This document shows, piece by piece, positions 23,001 to 36,000 of a DNA stretch of 64,000 nt. Position numbers and translations under genes: made by a program. Position 1 is the stretch's first letter, and each line of letters begins with the position of its first letter. The notes under the pieces were generated by a model. It saw only the letters and a program-made list of their open reading frames with translations. It was not told the origin of the DNA and did no database searches. Origin of the DNA: Guillardia theta CCMP2712 (Eukaryota > Protista > Cryptophyta); contig NW_005434480.1 of the NCBI RefSeq assembly GCF_000315625.1, positions 19,342 through 83,341 of the forward strand, written 5' to 3'.

Positions 23001-26000
23001 GCATGGCCTTGACCTTCGCCGCAGGCACCGTTGTCAGGACCTTCAACCCGGGCTCCGTGCTGCTCAAGAGCGTCGCAAGGGACGCGACCAGCATTGACGT
23101 GTCAAACGCCGCCAAGTTCACGTCGGGCAGATACATCCAGATAGAGAAGGAGGTCATGTACGTCACTGCCGTAGGAGCCTCGTCGCTGACTGTGCTTCGA
23201 GGACAAGAGGGGACGATCGCAGCCAGTCATGCCGCATTCAAGGCGGTGGGGTACGTGCGACTGTCTCAGAAGTATCCCATCGTGCTGCAGGAAGCCGTGA
23301 CGGCGGATCAAACCTCGTTGACTGTATCGGACGCGAGCCTGTTGTTTGCGGGGGCCTTCATCCAGGTGCTGGGCGAGATCATGACAGTGACTTCGATATC
23401 CGGCGACAAACTTACCGTCCAGCGAGCCCAGGTAGGAACATCGGCGTCATCGCACCCGACGGGAGTGCTGGTGAAGCTGACCACTGGGGCGAGCCTGGGG
23501 CGGTCAATCTACAGGTCAAACATGGTTCTGCTGGCTACGATCAGCTTTAGCGACACTGTACTACGTTTGAAGGACCCAGTGAAGGACACGCAGTCGTCAG
23601 GCTTTCAGCCAGGCGACTACCTGCTGGTATATAATTATTATGATTTGTTTGATGAGGCGATGTTGGTATTGAGCGCTGAGACGGCTACTGTATCGGGGTA
23701 TCTCTACCAGAACCTGACGGTCCAAAGAGCTCAGTTTGGATCAAATCCTGACAAAGCTGATTTGTTGGAAGGGATCTCAGTGAACTATCTATTCAGCCCA
23801 CGAGTCCTGGAGCAGGAAATCGATAAGACGGCAACCAACGCGAACTTCTCAAACACTTACGGACTGCAAGCCGGAGATCTGCTGTGGGCGTTTCCAGGGT
23901 GGGATAATGATGTGTACTTCGAGGTGATGGAGTATCAGTCGGACGGCAGTGTGCGTCGAGAAATGATCCCTGACTTTCAGGGTTACCCACAGGCTACCAG
24001 CGTGTCATCAGGAGCACTGGTGCAGACCATTGCAAAGCCTGCTTATCTTAACACTCGGTACAGAACAAATTACAAATCTTGTGCAAGCCCACCATGTGAG
24101 GTGCCCTTATCAAGGGTATCAGACTTGGTAGTTGGAGACATCGTGAGCAACGGCTATACTCTTACTCTGGAAGTCAAAGCTATCAACACTAAAGACAGCA
24201 CAATCACTGTGACGAATGTTTTCGCACCAACCGAAGTTGTGAAACTGTCAAATACAGAGAGTACATTTTCGAAGGTTGAGGGTTTGAGGCTCCTCAACTC
24301 AACCTTTAAGGTGACAGATTATCAGGCTACCTACAGCATCTCCTTGACCACTCAAGTGTCCGACTTCTACTCCCCGGGTGACTTCGTGTGGATCTGCCAG
24401 GCTGATGGCAAAAATGGTTTGTTCCGAGTCGAAGCTGTCGCAGACTACTCCATGGACGTTACTCCATTCACCAAAACTCAGGGGCCTTCATTCGAAAAAG
24501 ACAAGGCAGTCCTGTACAAGTACGAGAGATTCGACGTTCTTCACGGTGATGCGCTATACCCCGGCGACAGCGTCATGTTCTCGGCGGATGCTTATGGGGG
24601 GACAGCGCAAGTCATCTCGTCCTCTGAGAACGAAGTCCGCCTCAAGTTCACGGCAGGAGAATACGATAAAAAGGAATTTTTTCGTAACGTACATTGGGCC
24701 CATCAGCTGCTCCCTGTCTCCAAAAAGAGCTTCGCCAGGTCCAAGCTCGCTCTAGACATCAACTCGACCGTATCCCGCATCATCCTCTTCGACGCCTCCG
24801 GGTTCCTAGCCGGCGACAGCATCGTCGTCGACGACGAGATCATGACCATAGACAACCTCAACGGCAACCTCCTCCAAGTCTCTCGAGCTCAAGCAGGCAC
24901 TGCTGCTGCCCCTCACAAGCTCGCAGCATCAGTCGCATGGACCGCTCCCGTCGCCAAGACGTCCTCGCCAGTCTCTGCCGTGACTCCTCTGACCCGGCGC
25001 GACCAGCACCTGAGGTATATCGCACAGCAGGGCTCCATCACCCTTCCCAGCTCGATCCTGCAAGCCTCCAGCAGCTACCAAGACGTCTGGGCACAGCTCG
25101 ACGAGGAGATCATCATGATCCGGCAGCCCGCCTCAGGCACCGTCCCCGCGGATGATCGCGGGCTGAGAGGAACGTCGGCGGCTGCCCACGTGACCAACAC
25201 GCCCTACAACATCCCCAGCGCGGTCTTCTCCTGGCAGCTCAACGTCAGGTCAAGTCTGCTGGGCTCGTCGGGCTTCTCAGCTCTGCCTGTGTACAGCATG
25301 AACGCGGCTGGAGTGATCGCAATGTCAGGAGTCCACGTGCTGTCGGGAGGAGCCGGAGTGACAAGCAGGCCATCCTTCCAGCTGAGCCTCAACAGGCTCA
25401 TTGACGGCGACGCCCAAGGACAGGCGGTCGGAGGAGCGACTTACTCCTACCGCCCTCTCGTCCAGCAGACTTACCTCGGGGTCGACCTGACGGACAAGTT
25501 CACCAAGAGACTCATCAGGCCGACTGTGACCTACCCCGTGACGTACCAGCCTTGGAGGTTCCCAGCAGACCCTCTCTACTTCCAGGACAGGATGGACGGG
25601 TATGATCCGAGCTCAGACAGCTCCCTGCTGTCTCCCATCAACGGCTCCAACGCCATCAACGCCAGCTCTCCGATCCCTCACGAGCCAGGCTCGCCCGTGT
25701 TCGTGCTGGACTCCTTCGGTCAGATGCTCGGCGATCAGGCTGTACCCCAGCAGAGCCTGTCGGTGTCAGACGGCGGCGCGTACTCCTACTCCATCACCAG
25801 CCGACCGTCCGTGCTGGACTCTACCTGGAGCAGCCCGGCCCTGCTCATCGTGTCGACGTCGTCGGCTACTAAAGCCGACATGTACCTCAACGACACCATT
25901 GCGGGCTCCTACTCCAACGGTCAGAAGACCGCTCTGCTGTCTGCCAGCAGCAGGATGTTCGCATGGAAGACAGACCCGCGCAAGCTTGCTGTGCTCGTCG

Positions 26001-26302
26001 GGGCCTCGTCAGCAGCGTCCGCGCCGGCGAGCGCGAGCTCGTCGACGACTCCAGCAGGAGGTCAGAGCATCGGAGCCATCATCGGAGGCGTCATCGGGGG
26101 CGTTGTCGGAGCAGCTCTGCTCGGCCTGCTCGCCTACAAGCTCCTTGTGCCCAAGGCTGTCGGCAAGGCGGTAGACGAGGAGATGGTGCCTGTCTACCTG
26201 CCTCAAGCCTATCCTGCCCTTGACGTGCAGTACGCCGCTGCAGCCCCGATGCCTGTTGGTACTCCAGCGTACGGCCAGCAGCCCATGGCATACGGAATGT
26301 GA
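14089..26302 (+). pseudogene. Giant type-I membrane/cell-surface protein, copy A; frameshifted at ~22091-22109
   Basis: Signal peptide MLTSSQAILLLLLSISCPAHA (ATG 14134; upstream in-frame ATG 14089). ORFs 14020-22443 and 22166-26302 together match the single ORF of copy B. C-terminal TM helix IGAIIGGVIGGVVGAALLGLLAYKLL and tail ...YGQQPMAYGM*. 207 nt present in B are replaced by 19 nt here. Confidence 0.85.
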
Positions 26303-27284
26303 GAAGCGCGGCTGCTTGATGATCCGGCAGGCAGCGGCTGATGCTGCTGTCTGCCTCGTAGAGCTCGATACGAGCGATTCCTTCTATCGGATGAGAATAA
26401 AGTCAATGTGAAGTTGAATAGCTTGAGGCCTTGTAGTTCTAAGACGAAAGGAGGGAGAGAGACAGTGAAGAGAGGAGGTAGAGCAGGGCAGGTACGCGAA
26501 ACTGATGCAGGGAGGAAAGTATTGAAGGTAGACTGATGTCACTAGATAACTGTTGATGAACAGAAGCTCAATGGCAAAGAGAGACTGAAAATGACGACTG
26601 TCATTGCCCGAAAGACGATCGATAAAGGGGAGGTTTGCTGTGGCAAGCTTCAGCCCCCTGCTCAATGCTCGTCGAGCCTCACCGCAACCTCTTTCCCCTA
26701 GCAGCACGAACAGGCTCATTCCCTTCCCCGCCATCCCAGCGTCCCCTGCAGCTCCACCACGAAGGGGGGGAGTCCACAAGGGGTCCTCATCTCAGTCTTA
26801 GATACTCGCTGGCTGTCTACTAGGCACCAGCTGGGGCTATCCTCGAGTGCTACCCCCTGACCATGACCCCTCCGAGTTGCGCTCGCTCCTCAATGGCTCT
26901 CATATCATCTTGCGATTGCATCAGGAGCAGGAAGCTTCAAGTCTGACTTCCCTCGCTAGAATCGAGCTCGCCTCCATGAGACCATGTGCTGCCTCACTCG
27001 GTGGCCTAGTTCCTCTCTGAGGCGAGCTGCTCTCCCTATATTCCCCGTTTTTTTGGTGAATTACAGATGAATCAGTCGAGATGAGCGTGCTGGGAGTGGG
27101 TGGGGGTGATCAACGTCGTTAGAAGGGCATTCAAGGGAGGGATATGATATCAGAGTTGTACACATAGAGCTATGGGATCTAAGTAGGGTTCGAGGTAGGT
27201 TTAGAGTACTAGTATCTGTAGCGATGCTACTGTATGTCGTTCTTGACAGTCACGAGAGGTTCTCATGCAGGAGTGGCAGCAGTC

Positions 27285-27388
27285 ATCATGCGATCCTACC
27301 CGCCTGTTCCCACGTATGTCATGTCATCGTACCCGCCTGTTCCCACGGATGTCATGTCATCCTACCCGCCTGTTCCCACGGATGTCAT
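27285..27388. repeat. 33-bp tandem repeat x3
   Basis: TCATG(C/T)..TC(C/G)TACCCGCCTGTTCCCACG.ATG units, just downstream of the PARP stop codon. Confidence 0.85.
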
Positions 27389-27406
27389 CGGGTCTATCGG
27401 AGCAAC

Positions 27407-30400
27407 TCACACCCGCCTGAACTCGATCAGCAACTCAGGGTAAGTCTGCCGCCGGTCGTACACGATGAACTCCCTGTGCTTGTCCAGATAGGCCTGCAGG
27501 TGAGTGTCTTGCGTTACTAGGCTCCGATCTCTGAGTCATGCAGACGGTCGCTGCCCGGCATGGCTGGTGGTCGTCGAGCTCTCCTCATGGTTTGCAGGGC
27601 CTCGTACGGCGTTCCTAGCGCCACCCGCACAAGCAGCATGCGGCAGATCCCGTGGCTGTCGGGCGTGCAGTACTCGTCGCTCTTGCTGGAGTTCTCCGCC
27701 AGGTAGACCCCAGCTCCGAACAAGCCTCCCAGACCCGCTCGTCGAGCCCGGACTTCAAGATAGCTTCCGCCATGTCGTGCTTGGTCCCGTGGAACAGAAA
27801 CGTCTCGTTGCTCGTCTTGTCCAGTAGTCGCTCTAGAGCATACGCCGACCACAGCCCCGCATGCTCTACACGGAAGACTCGCTCCACCTCGTATCCTTTA
27901 TACTTGAGGCCCTTGTTGTCTCTTCCTTGCCCGAGGTACTGCGACTTACACGTCGACGTCATCAGCTCTTGTATCCTGTCCTTCCATTCGCTTGTAACGT
28001 CGACCTTGATGTCCGTGCTCCTACCGCTTGATTGACTCTGCCAGTAGTAGGGAGGCTTCAGCACCGCGCGATCCTGCGCGAGAAGCAGCTTCTCTGTCTC
28101 AACGTCTCTCCCTTTTTGTTTGAGCTCGGCCTCGCGCTGGCTCAACGTCGTTAGCCCTGACTGCACCTGACGCTGCTGGTCTGTCAGAAGCTGACCTTGC
28201 TTGTTGAGCTCGGCCTTCTCTTTCTGTAGCTGCTCCTTCCTGGACCTGTCGTCGTCTTCGAGTTGCTTGCCTCTAGACATCAGGTCTCGCTGCTGCTCCA
28301 GCAGCTGCCTCTCCTCACGCTGCACGCGCTCCCTGCGCTGGTGCATCTCCCTCTCCCTCTCCTTCAGCTCGTCTTGCTGTGCAGCCAGCGCCTGACGCTC
28401 TCGATCGAGCCGCTCCCGCATGTCAGCGCGCTCCTTGTCGAGATGTTCGCGTTCCAGGATCATAGCATGGCTGAAGTAGCGGTGAGTCAGAGCCTCGACA
28501 GATGAAGGCCTCATGCTTGGATTGGAATCGATGAGTCTAAAAACAAGATCCTTCGCCTCTCCTTGTAGCCTGGCCACCATCACCGTGATGTTCTCTCGCC
28601 GCGACCCACTTGTCCATACCTCTGTCAACACCTCGAGCATCACCAACCCATACGAGTACATGTCGCACTTGTGCGAGAGCTGCTTCTTGCTCGTGGAAGG
28701 GTCCAGCAGCTCCGGAGCCATGTAGTAGGCAAGGGTTGCGGTCACTGTCGCTGCCAGCTCCCTCGCTCGGTCCTCTTGCTCCTTCGACACATCAAAGTCC
28801 GCGATCTGCGGCTCTGCACGCTCGTCCTTGGAAGTCATCAGGATGTTCCCGGGCTTGATGTCGCAGTGGATGATCCTATTTCGATGAAGGTGCTCCAGCC
28901 CCTGCAGCACCTGCATCAGCACCCTGTGCTTGTGCTGATCGCTGGGTTTGACATGCTCCACCCAGCTCGAAAACGTCCCTCCGACGAGGAGCGGCATCTT
29001 CAGGTATCCCTTCATGACTGATCTCTCGAATTCTCTCCTCTCTTCGATAAAAGCGCTGCTCAGCTTCATGATGTAAGGGTTCTCCAAGCGACGCAAGATG
29101 CTGGCTTCACGAAGGAAGCATCTGCTTCCCCTTGTGCTGTCTGAGAGTACGTACTCCTTGATGACATATTCTTCGTCTCCTTGTCTTACGAGCATAACGT
29201 TATGTCGGGCTCCCTTCTGCCCGGCCTGCGACAGCCGGTCAACCACTTTGAACATGTCCATAGTCTCGCGCCCAATCACAAAATCTCCGTCGCTCCCCCC
29301 TGTCTTGCGCTCCATGTCCTGCTTCAACTTGTTTCTGTGCTCAGGATAGTGACAGGCCATGCTCCACAGCCTGCTCTCCGTCCTCTCGAGCTCTTTGGCG
29401 CTTGCCACGAGCTTCGTATGGATCGCTTCTTTCGTCTGCTCTGAATCTTGGTGGGCGATTTCTTCCTTTGGCACCTCTCTAGGTCGGATTGGTGACGAAA
29501 CATCTCATCTTCCAGGCGCTCAACCGCCTGTTTCAGCTCTCCCCACCTCCCCACCTATCCAGCAGACGCTGCGGGTCTTCTAAGCTCTCAAACGTCTTCT
29601 TGTAACTGCTCAAGCCCTCGACATCTGCCATCTGATCCAGCTCGAAGGACACAGTCTGTGCCCATGACAGAGCTCGCCTCAGCAATGACACCTCGTCTTC
29701 AGACACAAACGCTGCCTCAAGCGCCATGTGCGTCTCCGGTAGCGCATCTTCTAGATGGTTCGTGTCTCTGCAGCTTGTAACGGCGAAGCTTCCATCCAGC
29801 ATTCCCACCAGCTAGCTCCATTGCCTGCTTGTACTCCAGCAGACGAACCTGACAACCGCCTTCAAGCGCAGCTTCCAGCTCGTCAGATGCCTGTATTAGA
29901 TCTGTCCTCGTCTTGTTCCGCCTCTCTATGCTCGCATTTTCCTCCTCTTTCGCACATCCCATGACCTCAGCTTGTCTGGTATTGAGTTCACCCTGCAAGG
30001 CCCGCACTCTACCCCAAGCCTCCCGCATACGCACATACGCCTCGTGGCCCCTGCTGCCCAGCAACTCTACCAAAGCAAGGACATGTGCGCTTGCACTCCT
30101 GAGGCGAGCTCATTGCTGCACATCTTCTCCGTCAGCTCATGAAGTGAAAGCTTCGCTACCCCCTGCAGGCCTATGGATGAACCATGCCGCTTCGCCGCCT
30201 TCACTGCAGATCGCAGGGTAGTGCTCTTGTCCATGTTGGTGAGAGCACGCTTTCGCCGCATCCAGTCCTCTATCTTGCTCGCCAGCTCCTCGTCCTGCCT
30301 CTCTCGCGCTGCCTCCGCCGCTGTTCGTCCCAGCGAGTCTCGCAGCTCCCCGAGCTCTCCGCCCCCGACCTCCAGCAGCCTCTCACAGACAGACCAGACG

Positions 30401-30858
30401 CCTCGCGCCGCCTCCGCGTGCAGCGCCGAGCCATCAAGCATATGAGTCTTGAGAGACACACTAAATACGCCATCACTATGACCCCCACTATGACCCCCCT
30501 CCATGCTCACAAGGTCCCACACCCTCAGCGTATTGTCCCAGCTCCCGCTGACAGCCGTCTTGCCGTCCCCGCTGATCGCCACGCTCGTTACCCTACGACT
30601 ATGACCCTGAAGACAAGCCTTCTCCTCCATGCTCTTGACGTCCCACACCCTCAGCATCCTATCCCAGCTACCGCTGACTATGGCCGTGACTCTCGCTGGT
30701 CCTACTGGATGCTTCTGCTTCAGTCGCTCTGCTCCTGCACTCACGGCCAGCGCTCTCACTTGGACCTCATCTCCTCTCTCGATCGCTTCGATCAGCTGCT
30801 GCCGCTTCCTCTCGTCCTCCTCCATGCTCTGCTGCTCGTCGTCGGAGACCTGGCTCAT
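27407..30858 (-). pseudogene. Ankyrin/WD40 - coiled coil - Ser/Thr protein kinase - coiled coil - PARP catalytic domain gene, with multiple frameshifts
   Basis: WD40: GHSRRVTSVAISGDGKTAVSGSWDNTLRVWD. Ankyrin-like: DGSALHAEAARG, DSLGRTAAEAA. Kinase: YVIKEY, IIHCDIKPGNIL, IADFDVSK, YMAPE, DMYSYG. PARP: NETFLFHGT, GLFGAGVYLAENSSKSDEY, HREFIVYDRRQTYPELLIEF, then TGA at 27407-27409. The frame changes near 30.1, 29.8, 29.55, 29.47, 27.74 and 27.52 kb. Confidence 0.85.
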
Positions 30859-31882
30859 CCTCCTCCTCGCTCGTCCTTCAGCCCCAGCACAAGGGACCTC
30901 TTGTCTTCCCTCGCTCCTCTCGAGCAGACCGTCTGCCGTCCTCGTCGTCCTCGTCGCGCTTGAGCTTGAGGTCCGTAGGGAGGAGTCAGAGAGAGCGAGA
31001 GGCCTGTAGCAGGGATGAGCAGCGGGACCTCTGAGGCTTGTCTGACAGCCTTGAGCCTCTCAAACGTCTATCTCTTGTATGTCTGTTCTGTTTCTCGTAT
31101 TTCTCTTCTTTGTCAGTCTTGTCACTAGGATGTCTCTCGCTTTTCTCTGTCTCCTTCTGCCTCTCTTCTGTCTGTCTTGTAAACATTTCTTGTTCTCTTC
31201 TACATCTTCTTCTGCTTTGTTACCACTCGCATCTATCTCCTCATACCTACCTCACGACGTATACTCTGTCTCTCTCCCTCTTTCTGCATCTGGGCTGCTG
31301 GTCGTGATTCTGCTCTTTCTCTCTTCGTTCTCTCTTCGATCTCTTCCCCCCTTTCTCATCCTCTCGTAAACATCCAATCCTGTAAACATCTCTAGATGTC
31401 TTCTGCTTATTCATCTTTTCCTTTCTCACCATCTCCCTCTCCCTTCCCTTGTCTTTCTCTCTCCTCTCGCATGCTCCTGCTTCCACCGGGCCTGCTGGAT
31501 ATTCAGCGTAACTTTCCCACCCCATGGACCAAAAACAAACTTTTGCACATACTTTCCAAACTTTGGCGCACCTACTCCACCAACCCATAATACGGGCTGC
31601 AAGGAACCCCGCCCACGACCCGGCTTCCCACCGCATTGCTCCCACGCTTCTGACCCTCCATACCCTCCGCAAACCCTTTCCAAACCTCCGCATGCCCGAA
31701 ACCATCCCCACCTCCCGCTCCCCCTCCCCCGCCCTGGAGATTTGCGGAGACACCCCACCCCACCCTCCTCTCCTCAAGTCGAGAAACTAGAGGTACCCCC
31801 TCCCACGGCCAGATTTCCGGAGACCCCACGGGCCCTTGGCGTACCGCCCCCCTCCCCGGCCTTCGAGGGCATGGAGGTTTGG

Positions 31883-32487
31883 TGGACTCCTTCGTTCAGA
31901 TGCTCGGCGATCAGGCTGTACCCCAGCAGAGCCTGTCGGTGTCAGACGGCGGCGCGTTCCTACTCCGTCACCAGCCGACCGTCCGTGCTGGACTCTACCT
32001 GGAGCAGCCTGGCTCTGCTCATCGTGTCGACGTCGTCGGCTGGTACAGCTGACATGTACCTCAACGACACCATTGCGGGCTCCTACTCCAACGGTCAGAA
32101 GACCGCACCGGCGAGCGCGAGCTCGTCGACGACTCCAGCAGGAGGTCAGAACATCGGAGCCATCATCGGAGGCGTCATCGGGGGCGTGGTCGGAGCCGCT
32201 CTGCTCGGCCTGCTCTCCTACAAGCTGCTTGCGCCCAAGGCTGTCGGCAAGGCAGTAGACGAGGAGATGGTGCCTGTCTACCTGCCTCAAGCCTATCCTG
32301 CCCTTGACGTGCAGTACGCCGCTGCAGCCCCGATGCCTGTTGGTACTCCAGCGTACGGCCAGCAGCCCATGGCTTACGGCATGTGAGAAACGCGGCTACT
32401 TGATGATCCGGCAGGCAGCGGCTGATGCTGCTGTCTGCCTCGTAGAGCTCGATACGAGCGATCCGTTTCATCGGATAAGAATAAAGT
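31883..32487 (+). pseudogene. 3' fragment (copy D) of the giant surface-protein gene: stalk, TM, tail and 3' UTR
   Basis: Near-identical to ~25707-26403 including the 3' UTR. Stop at 32386, 90-nt in-frame deletion, no 5' portion. Confidence 0.9.
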
Positions 32488-33080
32488 GAGAGTGAACCTG
32501 ACGGGCCTGATTGCTCGTATCAACAATCAGAAGGGGGGAGGTAGAGGAAGGCAGGTACTAAAAAGAACCTTTCTGTGAAGGGTTGTGCAACATCTATCGG
32601 AGGAAAGGCTAGTCTCTACCCTCCTTCTTCGAAGCTATAAAAGGATTATCGCACCTTTCATGTGTGTGCCATGCCTGTGAGTGTTGGCTTGTCTCGTCTG
32701 TTGTGTGAGAATAAAGAGAGATAGATCTCCTTCTTGATGTCACCCTGCGGAGAAATCCAGCGCAAGTTCTTGCTGCAGACCTATGTTCAAGGTCGTAAAG
32801 CCTCGGGATGTGACAAAGAAGCAGAAATGCAGGAGCCGAAGCAACAGCAAGGAGGCAAACTGAAAATATCGCTCTAGCGGCAGAGCGCTGGGAGTGCTGG
32901 GGAGAGAAAAGACGACAGGACACAAGCACGACCGAAGTATGGGAACAACATGCGTAGTCACTGAATGCGTCATCGTTCTTTACTCACGAAAAAAAAGCAG
33001 GAGTGGAGGGAAAAGACAAAACGCGTCTCATGCGTTGAGTCGGATCATGAAGGATGCTTACCAACCAGCAGCTGGTCAGC

Positions 33081-36000
33081 TCACATGCCGTACGCCATGG
33101 GCTGCTGACCGTAGACGGGTGTCTGGAGCGGCATGGGGGCAGCGGAGGCGTAGTCTACAGGGAGAACAGGGTAGGTCTGGGGGAGGTACACCGGTACCAT
33201 CTCCTCCACGGGAGACTTCACCACGGTCGCAGGGGCCAGCAGCTTGTACGCCAGGAAGCCCAGAAGAGCCGCGCCGGCAACGCCCCCGATGACCCCGCCG
33301 ACAATGGCGCCGACGTTGATCGAGCTACCAGCTGGGGTAGTGGTGGCCGTGGTAGCGGAGGGGGAGGCAGGGGTTGAGGAAGGCAGAGTTGTAGAGACCT
33401 TCCTTGACTGCGTCTTCCACAAGATGAAGCGGCTGCTCGAGGAGGTCAGCCCGCTCAGCTGACCCCCGAGAGCTCTGGCAGCCACTGTGTTGTTGAGATA
33501 CACCTCCTGCACGGCAGATCCGAGGGAGGCAGTGAAGGTCAGGGAGCAGGTGTTGGCGGTTGCTACCGAGTAGTCACACCTCGTCGCGCTGCCACAGGCA
33601 TGAATCTTCGACGACGACAAGTAGCCGCTGCCTCCCGACACGACGGTCACTGTATTTCCATCGAAGTCGAGGACAGCTGGCTCCCCCCCCTCCAGGCTTG
33701 GCTCGGCATAGAGCCGACCCACACAGTCCGAGTAGACACTCGCTTGAGCAGCGTGTGTGGTAGCGTACGTCTGACGCTGACCGCGCACGACTGTCAGGGA
33801 GGAGCCAGCGACGGCTGTCACCAGCATGACCTCGTTGTCAATGCGGATGTAGCTGCCTGACGTTATGAAGGTCACCGACGCTGACAGCGTCACGGTAGTT
33901 GAGGTCGAGTCCAGCACAGCGTTTGACAGGGCAGCCGGAGATATCGTTCCCGATGCCGCCACCGACTTAATCGAGTAGCCCAAGAACGGCGAGTAGACCT
34001 TGGACGGTGCTCCCCACACGCTCCCTAAGCTTGACGACTCCTGGGTGATGCTGTAAGATGCCGTCACTCTGGCCGTCGATGACACGGAGCTCGAGAGCAC
34101 GGGTGTAGTGGCGAGGGCCGTAGCGAGGGCCTGCAGGGTGACGCGGAGAGTCTCGCTTCCGGTCACGTGGTCTCCAAGCATCTGCCCGAACGAGTCAAGC
34201 ACGTAGACCGGGCTGGTGCCATTGATCTTATTCGAGCTCCCCTCCAGCACAGCTGAGCGCGGGCGCATCAGGTCGTACCCGTCCATCCTGTCCTGGTAGT
34301 AGAGCGGGTCCGAGCTGTACTTGGCGGGGCTATAGACGACAGGGTACGAGACCGAGGGCATGATGAGCGAGGGGATCGCACCCGGGTACGAGGTCAGGGC
34401 AGGCGCCAGGTAGTTGAGCGATAGCACGGGGGCGCTCGGGAGCTTGGCGGGGCTCTGGATGACGGCAAGGCCGTCGAGGTAGAGCATGGGTGTAGCATCG
34501 GTCGTGTCTGGGTTGGTGATCAACGGGCGGGCATAGAGCCCGGCATTGCTCCCGGAGATCGACTGAAGGACGCCCGTCGCCCCGATGATGGTCGACATGA
34601 AGTACTGCGCCCCGATGGAGAGCTCGATCTCTGCGCTGGCGCTGTGAGCGGCTGCGGCGGTGCCCTGCTGGGCTCTGGCGACCGTGATGGTGCTGGTCGT
34701 CTTGTCCACTGCCAGCACCAGCATGACCTCGTCGTCGACGAGGATGTTTGTGCCCTGGGCTGGCATGGTGCCGGACACAGCGATCTGAGTAGCGGAAGCC
34801 GAGATGCCGGCAGACACGGTCTGCAGCAGACGTCGCCCTGCTGCTGTCTGAGTCGGGGACGATGCAAGAGCAGTCGTCGAGCTGCGCACGTAGGTCACAG
34901 ACGATCCCTGGGCGTGGGAGGTCGCGAGCGATCCCTGGACGCTTCTGGTCACTCCGACGAGGTTGTTGGCAAGGGACGTGATCTGAAGCAGCTCCTGGCC
35001 GATGGCGATGACGTCATACTGAAACAAGCCGGTGGCGTCGTTGACGATGATGAACGTAGCGTTGTTGGTGAGAGGGGCGACGAGGATGGCGCTCCTCAGG
35101 CCGTAACGAGACGCTACTGACATCCAACCGCCCCAGGGGCTAAAGGGGAAAAACGACAAGGTGCCGAACTGTCCATGCTTGATGTTGAGCAGGTTGGGTG
35201 AGGAAGCAGTGACAAGGGCTATTTCAGGTACAACTGGAAACGCGATTACCATCTCAACATAGTCACCCGGAGCGATCCCGGTCTGAGAGTTGACGTACAC
35301 GTTGTCGTGGACGAAGACGACATCTCCACTTGAATGAGCACGCGGCTGGTAACACCATGATAATCCGGAACATTGTGCTTCAATCGGATTAATTCCTCGT
35401 GTCACATTGAGCTGGTTTGAGGTCAAGACATCGTTGATTAGCATGAGCTCAGGGGAATCCTTTTTATTTCCGTTCATCTCTCCATTGTAGACAACGACAT
35501 ACTGGCCGGGCTGGAATCCGGAATTGTCCTTGACAGAAATGATAGTGTCTGCTTTATCTGAGATTGCGTCTGTGAGGTATGAAGGATTGCCGACGACTAA
35601 AACATATGCATCTTTTGCATGTTCAGTCCTGTTGGTGATGTTTGCAGGCTGAACCTCAAACGTGCTGGATGTCGGAGTAGTTGGAACGTAGAGAACTTCA
35701 GTATCAATGACAATGTAGCTCCCGCCTGGTATGCTGGAGTAACCAGATTGAGAGGAAGAAACGTCTGCAAGTGTGATACTGGTGGCGTCGCTTCCAACAG
35801 CCCCTTGCAATCGAGGTAGGACGGGAAGTTTTGTTTCCACATACGCATCAGTATAATATTTAGGAAGCGATGTTGCGCTTGAAAGTTTTGTGAGAATTGG
35901 TTCTCCCTTGTTCCAATTGTTTGTACCTGATCCAAATACACCGCGATCGACCGTTATCGACGTTTCGTTGAAATCCGTTACTTTGAGAATTTCATACCAA

